From the human T2T-CHM13v2.0 reference genome, Homo sapiens, in NCBI RefSeq assembly GCF_009914755.1, contig NC_060929.1: a stretch of 64,000 bases of DNA; one strand, written 5' to 3'. Positions 56,707-64,000 of this stretch are shown here, piece after piece. Numbering within the stretch: the first letter of the stretch is position 1; every line of letters starts with the position of its first letter. The position numbers and the translations under genes were made by a program. The notes under the pieces were generated by a model. The model ran no database searches and had not been told where the DNA came from. It saw only the letters and a list, made by a program, of their open reading frames with translations.

Positions 56707-59502
56707 AGGTATTAACCACATCCTCCAAGTACAGAAAGTGATGCTCAGTGAGGGGCTATTTTCAGACTAAAGTTCTAGACCAGGGCTCTGGAGCTTCAAG
56801 AGGGTGTTCCAGGCCCCAGTGAGAAAAAGTACAGTGGGTAAAGGAAGGGACATGGATAGAAATGTAAGAGAAAGAAGTTGCCTTTGTTGGGGAGAAAAAT
56901 GTATAGTTTTAATATGAGGCAAAATATTGAGAGAGAATTTTCAATCACAATAACTTGAGGGAAAATAAACAACAAATACTGTGTGGACATTAAATTAGAC
57001 TGTAAGAGTGTAGGCTGCCTTATCTTTGTTTCTAGGCTCATAATCTAAAACCTTGCATCTCTGAGCCAAGGTTTCTTCATCCGTTGTTCAGGTGACCTCA
57101 CGGTTGGCTGAATAGTGGTTCACACTGGCTTCTGTTTTATAGCTGGCAGGGTAAACTTAATGTCTTAAATAATTAGGCAAGTACTTTTATTGAGCATATT
57201 CTTATAGCCATACCGAAATTCACTAAGCCAGACAGCTTTAAATTAGAATAAGCCACAATTGTTCCATAATGTAGTTATACAGCTGGCATTGAGAAGCTTT
57301 AGTCCATCAATGACAGCATTAAAACGACTTTTGTTAAACCCATTGTCCCACATTATATGATGCAGCTGTTGAAGAGTTACAGTTGCATATTCCTATTTTG
57401 TATCATATATCTGGGTCCAAAATCCTCTACTAGTCCATAGGCAATGGGTTGAACCTATTGAATTTAACTGATAAATGAAGACAGAAGAGCTAATCTACTT
57501 ACTATTCTTTCAATACTAAAGAAATAGGAGATTTCACTTAAAAATATGAACAAGAGTTGCAAAATGATTACATTGCTTTTCTAGGTTTAAAGATCTTAGT
57601 ACAAAATTTTGAGTCAGTTTGTTTTTTGAAGTTGCAAAAATGTTAAGAACTTTCTTCATGTATTTAACCTTGCTAGCCACCCTCTGCATGATGCAACATC
57701 AAAGAAATTCCTTTGGGAAAAACTGGATAATCAGGTTTGTCAGGAAAGAACTTTCATATGCTATCATCATTACTCACCAAACTATAATAGAGTATAATTT
57801 TGTAAGCAAGGACGGATCAAAAAAGATGACAGAAATTCTTTTTAGCCAGGTTTTTAAAACTGATCCAAACAACGTTAGATTTTTTATCTCCATGACAAAT
57901 CAGGTGTCAAGGTGAATTTTGTTACTTCCATTGAATAAGCTTCTCAATTAGATGACAACTGAACGATATGCTCAAGCTGCTATAATTTAACAATATAGAA
58001 ATAAAGGGCTTTAATCTCTCTGATTTCCCTCAACAGTCCCTCTGTTCATTTCAGCATTAGAGAAAGGAGGAAACTTGTCATGAATGCTTTTGAGAACAAA
58101 GCATAAACCTTTTTTTGTTAGACTGTGAGTTGACCTTATTTATGCATGCCTCAGTCTCAGGTAAACCAATGTCTGGTTTTTTTTTTCTTTCATTCCTATA
58201 ATACTTTGATGCTTACAGCAAAATGTCACCATCAAATATAAAGACTACCATGGCTGCCAAACTAGTTGGAATAGAATTTGATCCCTGCTGGGTGAAGATG
58301 CTTATGGAGAAGGTGATATCTTTTGTCTTTTCAGACCTGATGGTGACTATCTTACAAACTTTAAAAGCATCTACAAACACATACCCTACCTTGTTTTAAC
58401 TGCTTATAGTTCATCTGAAATTGTGAGATTTTTAATTAACTTCTATATATTATTTTTAATAACCTGTTTTTCCTTTTTGTAGTTCTCAAAGAAACTTTAA
58501 CTGCATTATCTCTCTTTTAATTACTACAATAGTTCTATGGGATTGTTAGGTATATGCTATAAATCAAAATGAAAGCAAAAAGAAGAAACAGACCATGAAT
58601 GTCTTAGAGACGCTTTCTGAATCTTATATGCAGTAAACATGGCAACATCAGAAACAGAATTTGGAGTGTCTGTTAATTTGTCCAGAATATTTACTACCTA
58701 TACTTTCATTTCTTGAATAACAACAATTTATGTATTTGTTTATTATAAAAATCAACAGCTATAGAAATGGAAAAGGTTGGAATATAGTTTAATTGCATTG
58801 ATTAATAATATTCTATATTTTAACAGACATCATTTTTAACATTCATGTTATTTTTCAGTGGTCATCACTGGTGAGATATACAGAGCACAGAGGATCTAAT
58901 TCTCATTCATCTTACTATTAGAAGGCCACAAAAATGCCTACATACTTATTAGAACTTTGGCAGAAATGAGGAAATAGAATAATAACAAATGCATGAATGC
59001 TGACCAGATCTCAGGGACACTGAGTAAAAGATTCATGAACATAAATAAAATAAACACCATGAAAGTTACTTTGAAAAAGGGTAGGGTGCAATTGGGTGGA
59101 GAAAGGAAGATGGTGTTGGAGATAGCAAGGAACTTATCTGGATGTAAAAGATAATCAGAAGCTATTGGCTTCTTTGCATTTAAGAAGGTTAAAAAAAATT
59201 ATTAATGGCACCAGGTGATCTCCCTCCCCTTTTCTCATTTCCCAATTTCTGGGAGAACTTGTTATAAGTTAGTCAAAACTTGAAATGAGGCATTTCAAAC
59301 GTTGAAATGGCATTGTCAGGGTCCAGCTCTATTTGGATCCCAAGCAGAGCTGTGCTCACAAAGGACAGACCATTCTAGTGAGCTGTAGCTACTTAAGGCA
59401 TGGTCAGCTGAGATATAATATCATGAGAGGAAAAGGATAAGGATTATACTCTAGGTATCATGAGGACCCCAGAGAACAATAATAAAAGTAGTAAAGTGGG
59501 AT

Positions 59503-60297
59503 TGATACTGACAGGAGATAGGCAAACACTGGGTAGAAGAGGGTGATTCCTAGGCAAAGTCCCCACCCTCAAGCCTGGATACCCATGGCCCTAAATGAGG
59601 ACATTCCTGCTTTTGTGCCCAAAAAGTTGCCTTTTGTCCTGCCACACCCCTATCCTGTACCCATATAAACCCCAGACCCCAGGCTTCAGAAGCAGACAAG
59701 GAGATGAGGAGACAAGGAGATGAGCAGATGAATGGCATAATAGTACAGCAGAGAAGGAAAGAAGAGAAGGACCATCTGAATGCTGAGAGGAGTTCATCTG
59801 GGGATGACTGGAGAGGAGATCAGCCGCTGGACAGCCAAACTTCCCACTCTATCCCCTTTTCAGCTCCCCATCCATCCCACTAAAAGCCACCTCCACCACT
59901 CAATAAAACCCCTGCATTCATCCTTCAAATCTGTGTGTGACCTGATTCTTCTGGGACGCTGGACAAAAGCTCGGGACACAGAAAGCTGTCACACTGGCCC
60001 CCGCCCTTGCCAAAAGGCAAAGGTTCCACTGGGCTGGTTAACAATGAAGTCATCTGCAGATGGCAAGGCTAAAAGAGCACACTGTGACACATGCCCATTT
60101 GGGTTTGGGAGTTGCAGGATCCCACCCCTGGATGCCACTGTAGGGTTGGAGCCCAGGAGTGCTCACTCTGCCTTCTGCACCTGTCTGTCTGCATGCTCCC
60201 CCTCCTGTAAGGGATTTGAGCAGCAGTGGCAACCGAACAGACAAGCCACACCCCTGTTGCACATTTTGCAAGGGGGTCAGGGAGCTCTCCCATTTCA
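59503..60297 (+). mobile_element. LTR1-family ERV1 solo LTR
   Basis: tgatactgacaggagataggcaaacactgggtagaagaggg...ctctcccatttca; TATA-like 'catataaa' near 59662, AATAAA near 59902; 4-bp TSD ggat/ggac. Confidence 0.85.
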
Positions 60298-60987
60298 GGA
60301 CACTGGGAGACAAGCAGTGCCAAGATATGTTATCAAAAGTAACAGCTACTTAAAAGCAATACCTGTAGCACTCAAGATACAGAAAAAGAGAAACTTCTGG
60401 GGAGCTTAGAAACCAAATGATTATCATAAAATACAGTTTTTTTTTCAGTGTCTGATTTACTAAAAAACTAAAATGCTAAAAATTGTTATTATGTGTTGTT
60501 TGTTTGAGATTGAAATGCCATAAAATATTCTAGGATTTTTGTGTATGATTAACTCACTTAGAGTTATTTTATGTATGATTAACTCACTTAGAAATTCACA
60601 TACAGTGTTTAAGCACATGAAATGAAGACAGGTAGATGAGTTTCCTTCTGCTCTAATATGTATTAACTGGGTAAAGATGGGTAAATTTTTAATTTTTTTA
60701 CCTCATTCTTCTCATCTGTTAATCAGATTGTAATACCTTCTTTGTAGGACTGTTGGAAAGATTCTGTTACATGATAAATGTAACTTTTAGCACAATATTC
60801 AATGCTAGACTGAGCTTAGTATATAATGGCACTAAAGATAATGCAAATTAAAAAGTAAAAATATTAACATCACAAAATAATTAAACTTTTAGCAGCATTG
60901 TACCCAAGTGACCAATGTTTTTAATCTTGAAATGATTTCTTCTCTTGACTTTTGTAACATGTGGGTCTCTATTTCCTTTTCCTCTAC

Positions 60988-61398
60988 TGTTACCAGTGGA
61001 GGGTGTCCAGGTTCTGGGCGTCTTGAACAAAGAATCAGACAAAATGCACAAACAAAGCAAGGAAAGAATGAAGCAACAAAAGCGGAGATTTATTGAAAAT
61101 GAAAGTACACTCCGCAGGGTGGGAGTGGGCCGTAGCATAGGGCCTCAAGAGCTCCGTTAAAGAATGTCCTGGGGTTTAAATATACCCTCTAGAGGTTTCC
61201 ACTGGTTATGTGGTGTATGCTCTATGTAAATGAAGAGGATGAAGTAAAGTTACAAAGTCATTTACTTGGTGTATGCCCTACGTAAATGGAGAGGATATTT
61301 CCTGTCATACTTGTAGTATTTCCATTTGATTTAGTTCTAGGAAGTCAGCATGAATCAGTCTTATGTTCCCTGCCTCCAGACCCTTTTCTCATGCCTCA
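60988..61398 (-). mobile_element. MER51-group ERV1 solo LTR
   Basis: Reverse strand begins tgaggcatgagaaaagggtctggaggcagggaac and ends ggacaccctccactggtaaca; exact subfamily uncertain, TSD unclear. Confidence 0.75.
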
Positions 61399-61712
61399 CA
61401 AACAGTAGCCAACTTGATGTTTTAAAAATGCAAAAATAGATCATGCTATTCCTCAAAGTGAGGCTCTCCCATGTCTTCCCATTGCACTCACAATATATCT
61501 AAATCCCTTAAAATGGCCTACAGTTTGTGTACTGACATCCTCTCTCACCTTTTCTTTTACTTGCTCAAGATAGGTTTCTTCCCATTCCTCAAGCCCATTA
61601 AATATGTTCTTGTTTGAGAATATTTGCAATGGCCGTTTCCGCTGCCTGGAATGCTCTTCCAGCAGGCAATTCAAGGTTGGTTAATTTCTGCCATATTGAT
61701 TGTAGCTTAATG

Positions 61713-61985
61713 CAGAGTTTCTCAACCTCTACACTATTAACATCTTGTGCTGAGCAATTCTTTGTTGGCAAAGGTGGGGGTGGTGGGGAATCTTGTGTGT
61801 TATAGACTGTTCAGCAGCATCCTTGGACTCCACCCATTAGATGACAGGAGGACCCTTCCCTACCACACTCTCCCAAATTGTAACAAGTAAAATGTTTCCA
61901 GACATTGCCAGATGTACCTTAGGGGACACAATCACTTCTCTCCTTCCATTGCCCACCAACGTATACACCCCATTGAGAACCACTG
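61713..61985 (-). mobile_element. MER20 hAT-Charlie element within an L2 remnant
   Basis: cagagtttctcaacct...ccagacattgccagatgtaccttagggg...ttgagaaccactg with recognisable TIRs. Confidence 0.82.
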
Positions 61986-62667
61986 ACTTCCTGTCACTTT
62001 TCAGAGGGTATTTTGTCATTTCTCCATCAGAGGTAACTACCAAGTCACTGTGTGTCACAAAGTACTTTGATTACCTAATATTTTCTTAATGATTTATCTA
62101 ATTATTGTTTATATCTCTCAATATAGTATAAGTGTTCTGAGAGCAGAAACTATGATTGAGTTAAATATAGTAAGGATGTGATGAATATATACATGTATAT
62201 GAAATTCATATTAGTTGAACAAATGGATTGATGGAGAAATTAGTGCAGTGCCTGAATTTCAGCTTACTTTTGTAAACCTTGACCCTAAACATAAATTAAT
62301 GTTAGTCATTTACAGAGCAAATATGATATTACAGCCGTTCCACCAATATTGACGGAGCCATTCCTATGTCAGAAATTTTCGTAGTTGCATGATAATACAA
62401 TAATCAATAGGACAGAAAAGGTTTTCATTGGTTCTCAGGAATTTTAAGGTTGTAGGGTAGAAAGACAAAAAGAATACTTTTTATTAAAGTGTACTTGTTG
62501 CAGGTATCATATGGTAGGAACAGATATTGTCTGTTCTTCTTATATTCCTTCTACATCCCAGTCTTCCAAACCTGGAATATTTCTAGCACTTTTCCATATT
62601 CAGTCCCAAAGAATTGGATTTGCCTTTCCAAATCCATTTGAAACAGCATTATTTGTGATTATTGGTA

Positions 62668-63189
62668 GGTAATGAAGTACCCCCACTTTTCTAAGAGATA
62701 GTTTATTTTTCTCTTTCTTCTTTTCTCTTTCCTCCTTTTTCCCACTTCCTACTTAGCCCTTCAGAAAAGCAAATATAGCCTTTTACGTCCTCTTCACCAG
62801 ACACTCCTTACTGGGCAAGTTCATCTAATTATGTGCATCTAGCTACCTGCTCCAGAAAGGAACTCTCACCCACAAGGAGGTTGCCTTGAGAGATAACAGT
62901 CAATTTACAACACAAAGTATGCCTGCCTGTGAAGAAGGCAGCAGTCACCAGCTTGACCACCCAGTAGATAAGGCACCTAGCTAACACAGACTCCCCACCT
63001 GCTTACTTCCCCCCACTCTGTGTGCTCACCTCCTGCTCCAAAAGCGAAGCAGTGCCCTTAAAGTACAAAGCTTGCACTTCTTCCCTTAAGCTAGCTTTGA
63101 AATAAAGAGTTACCTTCTTTACACCAGACCTCGCTTTTGTTAACTGGACACTGCAAGTGGCAAGCAACTGAACCAATGTTTTGGTTACA
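62668..63189 (+). mobile_element. ERV1 (MER4-group; LTR48-like, tentative) solo LTR
   Basis: ~520-bp unit ending ttttggttaca, AATAAA near 63101, 4-bp TSD-like ggta/gata. Confidence 0.6.
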
Positions 63190-63499
63190 GATATATATGT
63201 ATGTACATATATGTATCTATACATGGAAATGATTAGAATAACTCCTGGAATATACCTGCATGATATAAATATGTAATTTTTTTACATATGCGCCTTATGT
63301 AAGTAGAATCATATTCTAAATACTGTTTTATAATTTGCTTTGGTAGTGTGATAGTATATGTCACAGAGTTTCTGTATTAGTTTACATAAATGTACATTGC
63401 TCTTTTAAAGTTTTTAATATAATTTGATATTATGGATGTGTAATGTATACTTAGTTTTTGCATAATTTAATTTTTTTACTTGTTTTTATTTTTACAAGG

Positions 63500-63651
63500 T
63501 TGCAGGCCATATATTTAACTGTGCTATGTGCTACTGTATAACAAAAGCAGCCATAGAAAATATAGAAACAAATGAGAGTAACTGTGTTCCAACAAAACTT
63601 TATCTACAAAAATGTGTGGCTGGTCCCTAGGCTGTCGTTTGCGAACCTCTG
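63500..63651 (+). mobile_element. MER58A-like hAT-Charlie fragment
   Basis: 'aaagcagccatagaaaatatagaaacaaatg...gtgttccaacaaaactttat...gtttgcgaacctctg'. Confidence 0.75.
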
Positions 63652-64000
63652 TGATAGACATAAAAGTGTATATGAACATAATAGCAGTAACCTGGAGAAT
63701 ATCTTCTGAAAGATGATAAATAAGAAAAGCCAGGATAAAAGTATGTCTACTCTGTGATTATACTTATGAACAAATTGTAGATGTAAAGAATGAATAAAGA
63801 ACTGTAAAAAATATAAAACTTTTCAGGGATAAGGTTGTTGATTTATGGATTGTTTGATTTTAATTTTAAGTATTTACTTACTCTCTGTGCCGAACAATGT
63901 TGTTCAATAAAAGCAAATATTTGGTTCTGTAATATCTTCCTCTCAATCTCCTTAATCTTGCTTCATTTGGAATAGTCAGTACTCTTTCCAAAATGTGTTA

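Noticed and set aside
58250-58399. 49-codon ORF with strong Kozak context (ACCATGG; MAAKLVGIEFDPCW...)
   Set aside because: No recognisable homology or promoter evidence; ORFs this size are expected by chance in 64 kb.

Overview
AT-rich primate (very likely human/hominoid, judged from AluY and L1PA2/3) intergenic or intronic DNA. I found no supportable host protein-coding exon. The window is dominated by interspersed repeats: a full-length but disabled L1PA2/3 with TSDs, an older internally deleted L1, a full-length THE1 element head-to-head with a truncated THE1, two MER52 solo LTRs, several other solo LTRs, a near-complete Tigger2 DNA transposon, six Alus, L2/MIR/MER remnants and a ~950-bp pure-purine GAAA/GGAA array. 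Nearly all ORFs in the supplied track are repeat-derived or chance ORFs. The most informative structures are retrotransposition footprints: a 5'-inverted L1 carrying a probable ~185-bp 3' transduction (28473-29217) and a tailless 5S rRNA retropseudogene with TSDs (3491-3564). I found no convincing evidence of a new biological system. Subfamily names come from recalled consensus sequences, not database searches, and boundaries of old repeats are approximate.
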